From an uncultured virus (IMG/VR IMGVR_UViG_3300032316_001177) (lineage: Duplodnaviria; Heunggongvirae; Uroviricota; Caudoviricetes), in IMG/VR virus record IMGVR_UViG_3300032316_001177: a stretch of DNA of 64,000 nucleotides; one strand, 5' to 3'. Positions 47,087 through 58,516 of the stretch are shown piece by piece (the first letter of the stretch is position 1; every line of letters starts with the position of its first letter). The position numbers were made by a program, and so were the translations under genes. Under the pieces are notes generated by a model. It worked only from the letters and a program-made list of their open reading frames with translations, was not told where the DNA came from and did no database searches.

Positions 47087-48949
47087 TTAATGGCTTTCCA
47101 TCCAATTTTGACCGACCCTTGCTTCGCCGGTTAATGGGCACTTAAGATTAAAGTACTCACCAGCTTTTTTAAAGGAATCGATAGCTAACTTCATATAAAT
47201 TTCAACGTGTTCAGGTCTAACAAGAGTTTGAAATTCATCATGAATATGGGCAACATACCCCCAGTCTTCACCAAATCTTAACCCAATCGCTTCCAAATCT
47301 TCATATAAGATACATGTTGCTTTTTTAACTGTTATTGCTCCAGTTGATTGTAGTAATTGGTTTAAAGCTGAATGTTTAGATCGTATTTGTAATTTTCTTC
47401 CATCAACACCAATAAGGTAACCTTTTTCCGTAACTCTTTTTTCAATTAAATCTTTTAATTGTTTAATTGCCGGTAAATTCTTATAGAATGTTTCCATTGT
47501 TTTCTTTCCTTGTGTATATTGTTTATCTTCATCTTCAAGCGGTGAAATAATACTACCTACTTTTTTTGCACCTGCACCATAAGCTAAAGCAAATATTAAT
47601 TTCTTTGATAAATCTCTTTCTGTTTTTGTTATAGGACGATCACCGCTATACAAACCGAACATACGAGCGTTATAACTATGAATATCGCCATTACTGTCAC
47701 TAACAAGCTTTGCATACTCTCCTCCATCGAAATATGCGAGCCAGGCTCCGAGCGCTCGTAATTCGAGTCCAGATGCGTCGGCGCCAACTAATTTCCACCC
47801 ATCAGGAGCATAGAAAAGAGCGCGACATTCAGCCCCATAAGCGTGACCAACACTTGGTACTTGGGCCATATTTGGACGTTTATGGCTACAACGCCCACTG
47901 ATACAAGCATTTGTGATAACTTGTCCGTGAATCCTACCGTCTTTATAAACTTGAACATGTTTAAGCCAAGCTTCCTTTCCTTCTGCAATTTGTCCAAGTC
48001 GTTTATTTAACGTTTGATATTCAGCTAGTATCTTAGCCTCAGGATATTTTGTTCCTAATTTCTCTAAAACATCATCATCTACTTTAGGATTACCTTTTTC
48101 TGTAGAACAGAAGGTAATTTCTGGGTATAGCTCTTGCAATCTTCTTGAAGTTTGTGTTCTTGACCCTGGATTAAACACTTCAGTTTTATTAATTAAACGT
48201 TTTCCTGTCTTTGAAGACCATCTTTCCTTTACTAGTGGAGGAAACACTGTTTGTAATTTTTCATTAATTTCATTTCTTTTTGTTTTTAAAGTATTAACCA
48301 AGGCATAAGCAGCCTTTTCATTGAAAGGAAAACCAAATCTTTCCTGTTTATCCATTATTAAAGCAAACTGGTGCTCTAGATCTAATGAACGTTTATCCGC
48401 TTCCTGGCTTAACATATATTTATATAATTCAAGAGATACTTTAACGTCACCTTCACAGTAATATTGCATTGTTTTAGACCATACTTCCCAAACACTTTTT
48501 GTATTATTTTCTTCTTCTTCTTCTTGGATTTTTAATTCAGATTTAAAGTCAATTTTATTTACACCAACTCGTTCACCCCAAGCAGCAAGTGAGTGGCTAC
48601 CAAAGTATTTACGGTTTATGTGGCCATATTTCGCGTGATCCAATGGCGCCAGCTCTGGCCAAAACAATCTACTTGTTATCAATGTATCAAAATAATCACA
48701 ATCTGTTCTTAATGTAAGTTTTGGATATATTTTTCTCAATGCTGGTAAATCGAATTTTATTATGTTGTGTCCAACTAATAATGTAGCTTCAGATATGTAG
48801 TCCAAAGCATGTGCTATTGGTAGGTAACCATCTTGATCAGCACAACTGATAAACTTGTCACTATCTAAATCATAAAGAACAATACAATGAATTTTGTCTA
48901 AAGTTGGCAACAGTCCGTTGGATTCCAAGTCAAGAATAAATCTTGTCAT
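47087..48949 (-). CDS. polA: DNA polymerase family A (T7-like) with 3'-5' exonuclease
   Basis: DLESNGL, GHNIIKFD, YCEGD; motif A GADASGLELR; motif B SKKLIFALAYG; motif C HIHDE. Confidence 0.95.
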   Translation of the reverse strand: MTRFILDLESNGLLPTLDKIHCIVLYDLDSDKFISCADQDGYLPIAHALDYISEATLLVGHNIIKFDLPALRKIYPKLTLRTDCDYFDTLITSRLFWPELAPLDHAKYGHINRKYFGSHSLAAWGERVGVNKIDFKSELKIQEEEEENNTKSVWEVWSKTMQYYCEGDVKVSLELYKYMLSQEADKRSLDLEHQFALIMDKQERFGFPFNEKAAYALVNTLKTKRNEINEKLQTVFPPLVKERWSSKTGKRLINKTEVFNPGSRTQTSRRLQELYPEITFCSTEKGNPKVDDDVLEKLGTKYPEAKILAEYQTLNKRLGQIAEGKEAWLKHVQVYKDGRIHGQVITNACISGRCSHKRPNMAQVPSVGHAYGAECRALFYAPDGWKLVGADASGLELRALGAWLAYFDGGEYAKLVSDSNGDIHSYNARMFGLYSGDRPITKTERDLSKKLIFALAYGAGAKKVGSIISPLEDEDKQYTQGKKTMETFYKNLPAIKQLKDLIEKRVTEKGYLIGVDGRKLQIRSKHSALNQLLQSTGAITVKKATCILYEDLEAIGLRFGEDWGYVAHIHDEFQTLVRPEHVEIYMKLAIDSFKKAGEYFNLKCPLTGEARVGQNWMESH

Positions 48950-49182
48950 TAATAAAAATTTTTATAAAGGGCAGAAATGTTAGTAATTTCAAGCTCTTCA
49001 TTCATTTTTTCATTTTGAAGCCGTTTAAGAATGTTTTTTGCCTCTGTTAAGTCTGGTAGACACATTGCTTTGTTTAACACTTTTGTGTCGTTTATTGTTA
49101 GTAATGTAAATCCATTACCGTTTTTATTGATGCAAAGAATTTTTGTCAATTCTTTATTACAAAGCACAAAACCTCTTTGCAT
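48949..49182 (-). CDS. Hypothetical protein
   Basis: Coupled to the polymerase. Confidence 0.5.
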   Translation of the reverse strand: MQRGFVLCNKELTKILCINKNGNGFTLLTINDTKVLNKAMCLPDLTEAKNILKRLQNEKMNEELEITNISALYKNFY

Positions 49183-49185
49183 GGC

Positions 49186-49470
49186 TCAGTCCTTGATACT
49201 AGCGTGATCTGGTACAGCCCGCATCAAGAAAAGATCTAGAGCGATATGCAGGAACAGTGGCGCCATTTTAAATGCTTGTGGTGGCAGTCCACCGAACAAA
49301 GCAGAAAGTTTGTCACTGAGGTCTGTGCGGTGCATTTCTTCAAACTCAACGCTTAGCATCTGAGCTATATTGAGGATGAAATCACTTAGGTCTTCGTCTT
49401 GATGCTTGAGCTGTTCAACAACTTCCCACAATAGTGGGTCGCTTTGAATCATTTTAATCAACTCTTCCAT
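49186..49470 (-). CDS. Hypothetical protein
   Basis: 94-aa ORF. Confidence 0.55.
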   Translation of the reverse strand: MEELIKMIQSDPLLWEVVEQLKHQDEDLSDFILNIAQMLSVEFEEMHRTDLSDKLSALFGGLPPQAFKMAPLFLHIALDLFLMRAVPDHASIKD

Positions 49471-49471
49471 A

Positions 49472-50068
49472 ATGAGCTATCGTATCTGCCGACAGATTAA
49501 CACCCGTACATTTCAGTGCAAGTCTGGAATTTGTAAAGTTTTTATGGAACCTTGTGAACTGATAAAGCAGGGTCATTGGTCTTGGAATTTTGGCTTTGCT
49601 GTCGGCAGCTCTAAAAGACAATTAAATGATTGGTACAATAATCGAAATAAAAAAAGTGTAGGTAAATTAAAAAATAAATTTACTGGAAAAGAGGGTGCTA
49701 CTTTACTTTTAAAAAGTTTTAATCTTTGTTTTAACATGAGGTGGAATATACCACCGGGAGATTTAATTATTGTAAATTGTGAGTCAGGTGAACCAGAAAA
49801 ACAATTTAGAGTTTATAAAAAACTTATCCGAGGGAAAGGTAAAAGAAACCACCTGGATTGGGTTATAGATGAAGAAAATAAAAAATTCTTTTGGTATCGT
49901 CCACCGTATCCAGATGATTTAATTTGGGAAAGTGCTAAACAGAATAACGTAAGGATTATTTCTGCTGAAGTTCCGAATCCACTACAAGACTGCCTAACAA
50001 GCTTTGCGTACTTTGAAAGTTTTGATATTGTTCAATTGAATCGGAGTACTCATCTACCCAGTGGCTGA
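49472..50068 (+). CDS. Hypothetical protein
   Basis: 198 aa, WNFGFAVG.S.RQLNDWY. Confidence 0.55.
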   Translation: MSYRICRQINTRTFQCKSGICKVFMEPCELIKQGHWSWNFGFAVGSSKRQLNDWYNNRNKKSVGKLKNKFTGKEGATLLLKSFNLCFNMRWNIPPGDLIIVNCESGEPEKQFRVYKKLIRGKGKRNHLDWVIDEENKKFFWYRPPYPDDLIWESAKQNNVRIISAEVPNPLQDCLTSFAYFESFDIVQLNRSTHLPSG

Positions 50069-50825
50069 AAGCAGATTGCAGAACCCCTGGCTCAATCCAC
50101 ATAGAAAGTTGTTTATGCGCGTATTGAATAAGTTCTAGTGACTCTTTATCATTTTTTGTTACAACATTATCTAACAAACGTATAAGCATAGCTTCTAACC
50201 ATCTGTTAGGCTGTTCTCTAGGATCTAAGTATTTCATCATGATTTTTGTGGTGTAAGTAATACAGCCATTACAAAAGTAAAGTTAATTATTGCTAGATAA
50301 AGACCACTTAACATTGGATTGAAAACAAAAACAAGAGTACATAAAATCCATAAAATAAATGCAATTAGTCCAGTAAATTCAGGAGTCATTCAATCAATTT
50401 CAATTACAATACGACGTAAGTGACCTTTATTATCTCGTTGTTCATAAATATTAAATTCACCATCACCTACTTCTGTATTAAAACTAGCACCAAAAGAGAG
50501 GGAAGTACGACCGATAGTACTTGAAAGGTTTTCAAGGTAACACGGGTCAACAATGCAGATACTACCGGAATCACAGCTTACGGAATTGATTTTTCGTGGT
50601 TGGCATAAAATAGACATAGTAATTAGGCATAATAAAAAGGGACCATTCCCTCGAAAGAGATGTCCCAGTAGGGGTGTTGTACGTTTATTATAGCAGTTGG
50701 GGCGAAGAAGAACCGTTGGCAGCCCCATGCTAAAAAGGGAATCAGGATTTTTACGGTTTCCCCTGATTGGTAACAGATGGACCGCGCCGCTGATCACGGT
50801 ACGGTCCCTCCCTTATGTCGAAAGA

Positions 50826-51458
50826 TTAATTTTTCTTAAATGCTGCACTTGCAATTACTGGAAACTGACTGGTAAAGATTATTTTTATAGTGTCAGCAAT
50901 AATTCTATGTTCTTTTTGAGTTTCCTCTGCTGTTCTAGCTTGGATATAATGAATCCAGGAACGTAAATTTGCATTTGCATAAAGGGTTGTTTTTGTACAT
51001 AAAGGCAATATTCTGCGTGCAGTTTCTTTTGCTATATCTGCTTTTATCATTTCATCATAAAGTTCTTTTGTTTTAGTAAACAATTCACCAGAACGAGTTA
51101 TAAAGTCAGTAGTTACTGTACTATTTAAATCATCAAAACTATTTTGACGATTTTTATAATCTTGTCTCCTAAAAGAAGGGAAGGCAATCTCTTGCGCTTC
51201 TGAATATCTAGTTGAGTATTCTTGAAATGATATAGATCTGTGTCTAATAATTTGTGCGGCAATATCACGCTCAGTATTTATTTTTACACACATGTTTGCC
51301 ATTTCAAAAGGCGACCAATGTTTATGACTAATTAAATATTTAAGAAGTCTTTCTGATGTATCAACATTAGTTGCATTTTCCGGTGAACTAACACGTGCCA
51401 TTTGCACAATCATTTTTTCCGCATCTGGAGTGATCCAGATAAGTCCTACTGAGCTCAT
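50826..51458 (-). CDS. thyX: FAD-dependent thymidylate synthase
   Basis: HKHWSPFE; QIIRHRSISFQEYSTRY; ETARRILP; NLRSWIHY; QKEHR. Confidence 0.96.
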   Translation of the reverse strand: MSSVGLIWITPDAEKMIVQMARVSSPENATNVDTSERLLKYLISHKHWSPFEMANMCVKINTERDIAAQIIRHRSISFQEYSTRYSEAQEIAFPSFRRQDYKNRQNSFDDLNSTVTTDFITRSGELFTKTKELYDEMIKADIAKETARRILPLCTKTTLYANANLRSWIHYIQARTAEETQKEHRIIADTIKIIFTSQFPVIASAAFKKN

Positions 51459-51489
51459 TTGTTTGAGGGGGTTAATTTAGAAATACCTT

Positions 51490-51738
51490 TTAAGTTGTTT
51501 GAGTGGTATTCATTTGTTCAATCACATCAGTACATTTATATTTTGTACCAAGAAATTGAATGACATAATATCTTTTATTCTTGTGCAATGTCCCGGCAGT
51601 AGCGCCGGGAGCAATACGACCGTTTTGTCTTATCCATCTCAGACCACTGGGGGCAGAAGAATCTGCTACCAAGTAGTCTGTAAACTCACTCTTTCTCTGT
51701 TTCTGTAGTAAGGACATTTTCTCCATTGGTGAATTCAT
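51490..51738 (-). CDS. Truncated HNH-endonuclease-like N-terminal fragment
   Basis: SAPSGLRW...PGATAGT...YYVIQ..G..Y without a downstream HNH core. Confidence 0.45.
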   Translation of the reverse strand: MNSPMEKMSLLQKQRKSEFTDYLVADSSAPSGLRWIRQNGRIAPGATAGTLHKNKRYYVIQFLGTKYKCTDVIEQMNTTQTT

Positions 51739-52100
51739 CTAAAAGGTCTTTTAATATCTCTATAAGAGTTTTTTCAAGTTCTCCTTTTCCCATCGTACTC
51801 AAATAATTGTATTCAGGATTTATATCTTCATCCCAACTTACTCTCATCCCTTCGTCATCTATAATGATTTCAAAAGTATCTTGAATTGATTTTTCTTGAT
51901 CTTTTTGCGTGAGCATAGATTCTGTTGTCATTGTGCGTAGGTTGTTGAAGAGTTGTTGATGTTTTTAACAAGGGCTCTACGCGCACATGGATAACGCTTT
52001 AGAGCTTGCTCTTGTGCAGCAAAAGCAGTTTTTGCTATTACTACAGTTTTTATTGGCTGACCGTTACCGAATAAAACGGTAACGTTATAAGTTTTTTCCA

Positions 52101-52547
52101 TTAGATTGATACATGTTTCCAAGTTAAGTTATTGTCAATTTGATATATGCAACTTGAATTCACTTCGTAACATTTACCAAGTTCTTTATGAACAGCTGAT
52201 CTAGATGGATAACTATTTATAAAAGTAGTGTCAGATAAAAGCAACTTAATTTCTTTTACTTTGGCAACATTAAGTTTTGCGTTGCTGTTATTTTCTCCTA
52301 CATTTTTACAAGTTACTGGCATCATCCGACCTTTTGTATGTCTGTAAGTTCTACTAATTGTAGGATTTGAATTAACAGTTGTTTGCGTTGGGCGCGGGAT
52401 AATTTTATCAAGTGGGGCTGTGATCATTATTTTGTTTTCTCCGCGTGTTGCGGTTAGTACCAGTTGCCCATCTGTTACATCGATGGTTGGTTTATCTTCT
52501 TCTGTAATTTGTAGAGACTGGATCGATTGAAAAGCAAAGTGGTTCAT
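52101..52547 (-). CDS. HTH DNA-binding protein (HNH-associated C-terminal module)
   Basis: GENNSNAKLN...VKEIK...LGKCYEVNSSCI...TWKHV. Confidence 0.55.
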   Translation of the reverse strand: MNHFAFQSIQSLQITEEDKPTIDVTDGQLVLTATRGENKIMITAPLDKIIPRPTQTTVNSNPTISRTYRHTKGRMMPVTCKNVGENNSNAKLNVAKVKEIKLLLSDTTFINSYPSRSAVHKELGKCYEVNSSCIYQIDNNLTWKHVSI

Positions 52548-52648
52548 GGCAGGTGGGGAGCAAAGTTGGGGTTTGAGTTTAGGTACCCCATTGGACTTGC
52601 ATACTATAGAGGTGATGAGGTAGGATTACAAGTGTGCAAAGGATAGAT

Positions 52649-52683
52649 GAACCGGTTCCGTGCAGGAGGCCGGTTCTTTTTTT
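52649..52683 (+). terminator. Terminator-like hairpin
   Basis: GAACCGG...CCGGTTC followed by T7. Confidence 0.55.
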
Positions 52684-52795
52684 GCATAAAAAAGCCGACC
52701 CATTGGCCAGCTCTTCTATTTATTGGTATATATCTATACTATTTACTACTTATATAGTAACTGTGGCGACAGACGCGAGGTAAAGGAGTATTATC

Positions 52796-53047
52796 TTACT
52801 TATCTTCTTCAAATATTAAGAATTTTTTAACCTCTTTATCTGAAGCATTAATTAAGTTTGATATTGTTTTAAGTTTTTTCTCTGCGATTAAAGCCCTGCT
52901 GCTCCAGTACACAAGGTGTTGGTTGGTTTTGTTAAGTTCTGTTTCTAAGGCAGTCTGGAATAAAGATGATGGACTTAGATCTAAGTTAGATTCTTTCCAT
53001 CTTTGATGAAGAGCATCTGGAACGGAGACGCTGACTACTATTGCCAT
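52796..53047 (-). CDS. Ribbon-helix-helix-like regulator
   Basis: MAIVVSVSVPDALHQRWK...SPSSLFQTALE. Confidence 0.5.
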   Translation of the reverse strand: MAIVVSVSVPDALHQRWKESNLDLSPSSLFQTALETELNKTNQHLVYWSSRALIAEKKLKTISNLINASDKEVKKFLIFEEDK

Positions 53048-54943
53048 GTATAAAAAAATTGTGCTACCTAAACGATAGCACAACCTCGGTAGCTGTGTAT
53101 TTTTAAGCGGTTTCGTAGTGCTGTTATACACTACGTGCTGGATTATTTATGTTATTGCTGACTGCACGTCAAAGTTGACAATATAGTTTTTACTAGCAAT
53201 TACTGGAAGCGGTTCGCTTATTGAGGTGCCATCTGTAATAAGTTTCATTGCGTTGCTGAATTCTTCTGCTTCATCCATGGAAGGGAAGTGGGGCGCAAAG
53301 GTTCCCACTCCCTGGTGATGTATTAATACAGTGTAACCAAGAACCGGTAGTTTCATAGAAGTGGTTGTGATGCTGTTTTAAGCTAGCAGAACAGGTCCTG
53401 ATTTGTAAAACATAGAAGGGTTGTCTTGTACTGCAAGGTCTGCTTCCTCGTAGCTACTGACCACTCTCACGATCTCACTTTTGCCTGTAGCTGTTTTTGT
53501 CATGACAGCCCAAACAAGTGTAGAGGTGAAAGGTCTTATCTGGCAATTTGAATCGGTGACTTCTGACGAGTCCATGGCTTATTGATCTCTGGTATCTCAT
53601 TATGCTAGGCATGAATCTGCACTTTTGCATAGAGTTGTATGAGTCAAAGCCATTGGTACCACTACATAGTTAACGCATTTACACTACCAGACAGACATGT
53701 AACATAAGTTAAGAGAAAGTTAAGTTGTATCGAATATTACATTAAGATTTTCAATGAAAGGATGGCATGAAGTTATTTCTGAAATTATTAAGCATTCTTG
53801 GGAATCTTTCTATGAGTTGTGCAACTTGCCAGGTCTTAATTACCTTCCAACTTTTATATTTATAGACCTTATCAAAGCTCATAATAATGACAAGAACTGA
53901 ACTGATGTCATACAGTGTTTTGATAATCATCTTGATCTTGCGATAGATCTTCCAGAACTTACGGACGCTCTCATGCTGGCTATGAATGTAGTCGTGATCG
54001 TGAGACTTGTAGAAGTGCTGGGCTTTGGTTCTGTACATTAGTAAGCAAAAAGTTGGAGGTTACATTGAGCAATTAGCTTGATGTCTGCTAGTGGCTGTAA
54101 GGATTTGGCAACTAAAAAGAAAAACTGAGAGGTGTTTCTACGTATCCAATACAGAGCGTTTTTTCCGTATGCTTTTATTAGTAAAGCAGTTAAAACAAAA
54201 GAAGCTATAAGAAGTGTTGTTGTCATAAAAATAAGATAAAAAAAATCGACCAGTTGCTTATATAAAAGCAACTGATCGGTTAATTTCCGATTTAGTTAGT
54301 TAATTTAGTCTTCTACTTCGTTTTCCTTATCTTGTTCAAAACGCCACTTGATTGGGTCGTCTATAACTTTCTCTTCCGCTGGGCTAGCTAGTAGTTCTAT
54401 TACGTAAAACAGTTCTAGAGCTTCATCTAAAGAGATTTCCGCTTCACTGGTGAGTAAGCTCAAGAATTCAGGATTTTCTATGAGCTCTTCAATTGATCCA
54501 ATGATCGTGTTGATCTTTTCAAGACAGTTCACAAAACGATAGCAATTACTAAAATTGTATCAGGTTAAATCTTAAGACTTGAAAAACCCTCCACCAGATT
54601 TAAAAAGCTTTTCTTTAAACGTTTTTACCTCTTCCTCTGAATTTTCTACGTTAGATACAATAAAATGCTCTCCGTCTTTGGTAATAAAACCGCAAACGAT
54701 ACTGGTGCCTAGTTTGTCAGCAGCCTCCTTCATTCTGGTTACAACCTGCATTGATTGCAGATGCTGCATACTTAGCTCGTCACAGCTGCTCAAATCCTTG
54801 GAGTCATCACGTTCTTGAGAATTAATCCTGTTCATAATTGTCTGAATAATTTTCTTGCAGTTGTTCCTGTATAGAAGGAAGTGTGGCGTGTTTTTCATTC
54901 TAGTTGTTTGGTGGGCTCTATAATAAGTAAAAAGTTTGTTTAC

Positions 54944-55579
54944 ATGACTATTCCCATTAGATTTAATGAAACTGACCCATTAGGAGGTAGAGGTTGGGAG
55001 ATGGGTGACCCCAGGAAGATAGGAGGTTTGCTTGATGCTCCAAGAAAAGGGTTTAATGAAAGCATAATTAATCCTGTTAATCCGTATTCAAATACGTTCA
55101 ATACACCTGCTGTAATAAATACTTTTACAGATTCGTTAAAGCAAGGTAGACCAAGTGTAATTCAAAATGTAGAAAATTTTCTTACAGGAGGTAATATTAA
55201 ATTAAATGATGATACAGGTCAGGTTTCTTTTAACCCACAAGGTCAAATTAATATTAAAAGTAATGATGGTTGGGATTTAAGTTTAGATGCAAAAACAAAA
55301 TCAGCATCGTTTGGGAAGGGAGCTTTTAATGTAGCTGGTAGTTTTGGCAATGAACCGTATGTTAGAGCTGGATTTCAAGTTCCGTTTTCACAAACAAGTG
55401 GAGCGGTAAATACATATGAGCCAGTTGAAGTTCAAATGGAAAAACAATTAAAACAATTTAATGATAATCGTATTGCTACGCCTCTTTCAATAAATGTTGA
55501 AAATACTAAAAAACCTGCTTCATATATAGATGAAGATAATGCTTTTCTTAAGGACTATATAAGAAATAAATTATATTGA
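54944..55579 (+). CDS. Isolated + strand hypothetical protein (possible virion cargo)
   Basis: TATAAT at 54919, ATG at 54944, C-terminal AFLKDYIRNKLY. Confidence 0.6.
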   Translation: MTIPIRFNETDPLGGRGWEMGDPRKIGGLLDAPRKGFNESIINPVNPYSNTFNTPAVINTFTDSLKQGRPSVIQNVENFLTGGNIKLNDDTGQVSFNPQGQINIKSNDGWDLSLDAKTKSASFGKGAFNVAGSFGNEPYVRAGFQVPFSQTSGAVNTYEPVEVQMEKQLKQFNDNRIATPLSINVENTKKPASYIDEDNAFLKDYIRNKLY

Positions 55580-56139
55580 CTGCAGTTTAGTTTGACAATT
55601 GGCATTGATAGTTGTCCGCAACAACATTGCAAACATATGTTTTATCTTTGTAATAAGATGAATAAATTAAAGTATTGCTAACCTGCATATTTACGTAGCC
55701 TATACCTAAATACATTTGAACGCATGTTAAAGAAGAACATACAAAATTTAACATTTAATAAATATCAATTTGTTTTGTTATTCCTAAATCAATTGATCTT
55801 AGGTTCAATTGCTTTCCTTGCGGATTGGTTAGTTGAGTTAGGGTAATAATACCTACTTTTATTATGTGGCCACTTAGTGTTCCAAGTGGCGTATTTATAT
55901 TTAAAGGTGTTAAAGAGTTGGGAGGACCAATTGGTGACATTGGTTGAATTGGTGGCATTGGTTTGAACATGGTAATTCCTTAGTTGTAGATAAGTCTAAA
56001 TTTATCTTTAGCTTGACTTACAATTTGGATAATTTCTTTCCAAGCGGGATTTTGCGTATTGTACGAAAGTTCTTTCCATTCGCCATCAAGATAGATAGCA
56101 ATTGTAACAAAACGATCTTTGGCAACCTTTTCCATTTGG

Positions 56140-56853
56140 TTAAGAACACTGGAGTACTGCTTGTTTAGCACGTATGCCGTGCGCTGGGAATATTACCACA
56201 ACAGTCCGATCCGCTCTGGCACATAACGGTTTTTTCCACCTGCCTCCACAGGTCTGACATGTAATTTTAGATTTTGGTAAGGTTGCTGGGCATTGAACAA
56301 AGGAAACTTTGTCATGTAGAAAAGCAGTTGGCAGTCCTTTTGGTTGTACAACTACGGTAGGTAGTCCTTCTTTGTAACGTTGTGCTGCAACATCTAAAGA
56401 TTCAGTGGATACATTAACAACAAAACCTAATTCAATTGAATTAAAGATAATTTCTTTATTGATTGCACCATTGATACCATCTAAATTATGGTGTGTATAA
56501 GTCCAAGCAGCTAATAAATGAGAGATTGCATTAGCTAATTTATAAAGGTACCCCTGGTTGATAATATCTACGGCATCTGGTTCATGCCATAAGTCACCAG
56601 CAACATTGTGCCTGAATATTTGAAAACGAGGTAACTTTTTAACTTCTTCAATGAATAGAATAGGTTCTAATCCACGTGTACCTGCTGTAACAGCATCCCA
56701 GTGCATTCGTGTGTAGTAACCTGCTTCTGCATAACAACCTCCTTCTTTGCCTATAAGTTTACAATTAAGTGGACAAGAATCTCTTGAAGTAGTTGAGACA
56801 GCAATTTTACCTGTTTTTGCATTCTCAGATGGACAAGTAAGAGAACTGTTCAT
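56140..56853 (-). CDS. Cys-rich phage protein (Gp88-like)
   Basis: NAKTG...SCPLNC...GCYA...FRHNVAGD...CPA...CQTC...LC...FPAHG. Confidence 0.6.
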   Translation of the reverse strand: MNSSLTCPSENAKTGKIAVSTTSRDSCPLNCKLIGKEGGCYAEAGYYTRMHWDAVTAGTRGLEPILFIEEVKKLPRFQIFRHNVAGDLWHEPDAVDIINQGYLYKLANAISHLLAAWTYTHHNLDGINGAINKEIIFNSIELGFVVNVSTESLDVAAQRYKEGLPTVVVQPKGLPTAFLHDKVSFVQCPATLPKSKITCQTCGGRWKKPLCARADRTVVVIFPAHGIRAKQAVLQCS

Positions 56854-58516
56854 GAATACAATATTACGTAAGGTAGAAGTTCTTCAATAGTTGATATAGT
56901 AGCGTCCTTTCTTTCAGCTTCATCAGACAAATCAACGTCACAGAAGTCCTCTGTCTGATCTTCAACAACTTCAAATCCAGTTGTTTCAAGTTCTTTTACA
57001 GCGTCTTCCCAAGAGTTAGCTGCTAGATAAACCCAGGAAACTCGCAATGTTTGATCTGATACTAAGGCAACGTAGTTGTTCATTAGGAGTGAAGTGCTAG
57101 GTGTTGTTTCCATGCAGAGGAATGCATTTCATCTGCTGTTGTACTAGGTTCGCCATCAGACATATCGTCTGTTGGATCGTATTCAGTAATGTATTCAAGT
57201 TCTTCAATCGCACTTAATATTTTTTCATCTGATCCGATTGGCAAATTGCAATCCATCATATGAAGTTTATCTTCTTCTTTAATAATATTTCTCAATGCTT
57301 TTATAATTAAGTCAAGTTTTCTCATAGGATTCATTTTGAATATATGAACTTTTCCATTGATTGTAGTAAATGTGGTGTCTTCAAAGTGAATTTCAGTTTG
57401 CCTCATTTCTATTCCTCTGTTGTGGTGTAGAATTTGCTTTGTGGACCGTATTCAGAAAGGATTTTAGGAAAGGCAATAAATATACGTTCTCTGTTTTCAC
57501 TGTCTGCATAGCGTATTGCTGTAGCTAGTGATTGAAAAAAGCGTCCTCCATATCGGAGCATGGCTTCTGTTGTGGAGTGAACCTCGGTTGAATTCATGGT
57601 GCAGGATGAAAGGGACTAGAAAATTTTAAGGTCGTATCCAGGACCGGATCGTTATTTTAGAACGTAGTCATGCAAAACACAACTACGTTCACAAATTTTA
57701 AAGTAACTTAAAGTTTGTTATACTGATTAGATTAATCAGTACTGTCAACGGATTTGAGAGATTCTGTCTGATAATTTTGAAATTTCTTCTGCATTAAAAT
57801 GTGCTTGAAGAGACTCAAGTAAATCGTTATTTATATTTGAAGTAAGGTCTTCATGTTTACTTTTTAGTAAAACTTCAAGAATATCTAATGCATTGATGAT
57901 TGATTTCCATTCTTTAAGATGGACAATAATGTGTCTTCCTTCTAACATTGTGTTACCTCTGGATTGTTTGTGTTAGTTGTTTTAAATTCTTCTATTACTT
58001 CTGATAATATCCGAGGAGCAATATTGTCAACTTCAGCAACTAATTTTTCCATGGTGTAGTTTGCAAAATGTTCTTGAAGATCATCACAGGCATACGCCAT
58101 AAGATCTGAAAGCTCCATATTTTCTACCAAAGCAGTAACATAAGCATCAACAAGTTGCTTTTTGGTGAATGTCATTTGTTAATTTTCGGATGTTTAATCA
58201 AGTGGAAATACTTTAGTAAATATCATTTGTATCTCCATCAACTTCATCTTCTATAAGAGTCCAGTCAAGTTTTTCTAAATTTATATATTTTTCTATAACT
58301 GCAATTTTTTCAATTAAGCTCATTTGATTTAATGGTAACCAGGCTGGTATATCAGATACATCTACATCAGATGTACATAAACCGTGTTTGTATTCATCTG
58401 GAGTGACCTCATTACGATGTTGAACTAGGATCATGTTATCTATATAGGCATAGATAATTGCTAGATCACCTACAACTTCGATGTTTTGAATGTCCATGAT
58501 GTGATTTGGTGTTTAG

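Noticed and set aside
47087..48949. Z-base (diaminopurine) genome system
   Set aside because: No purZ, datZ or mazZ is recognisable in this window
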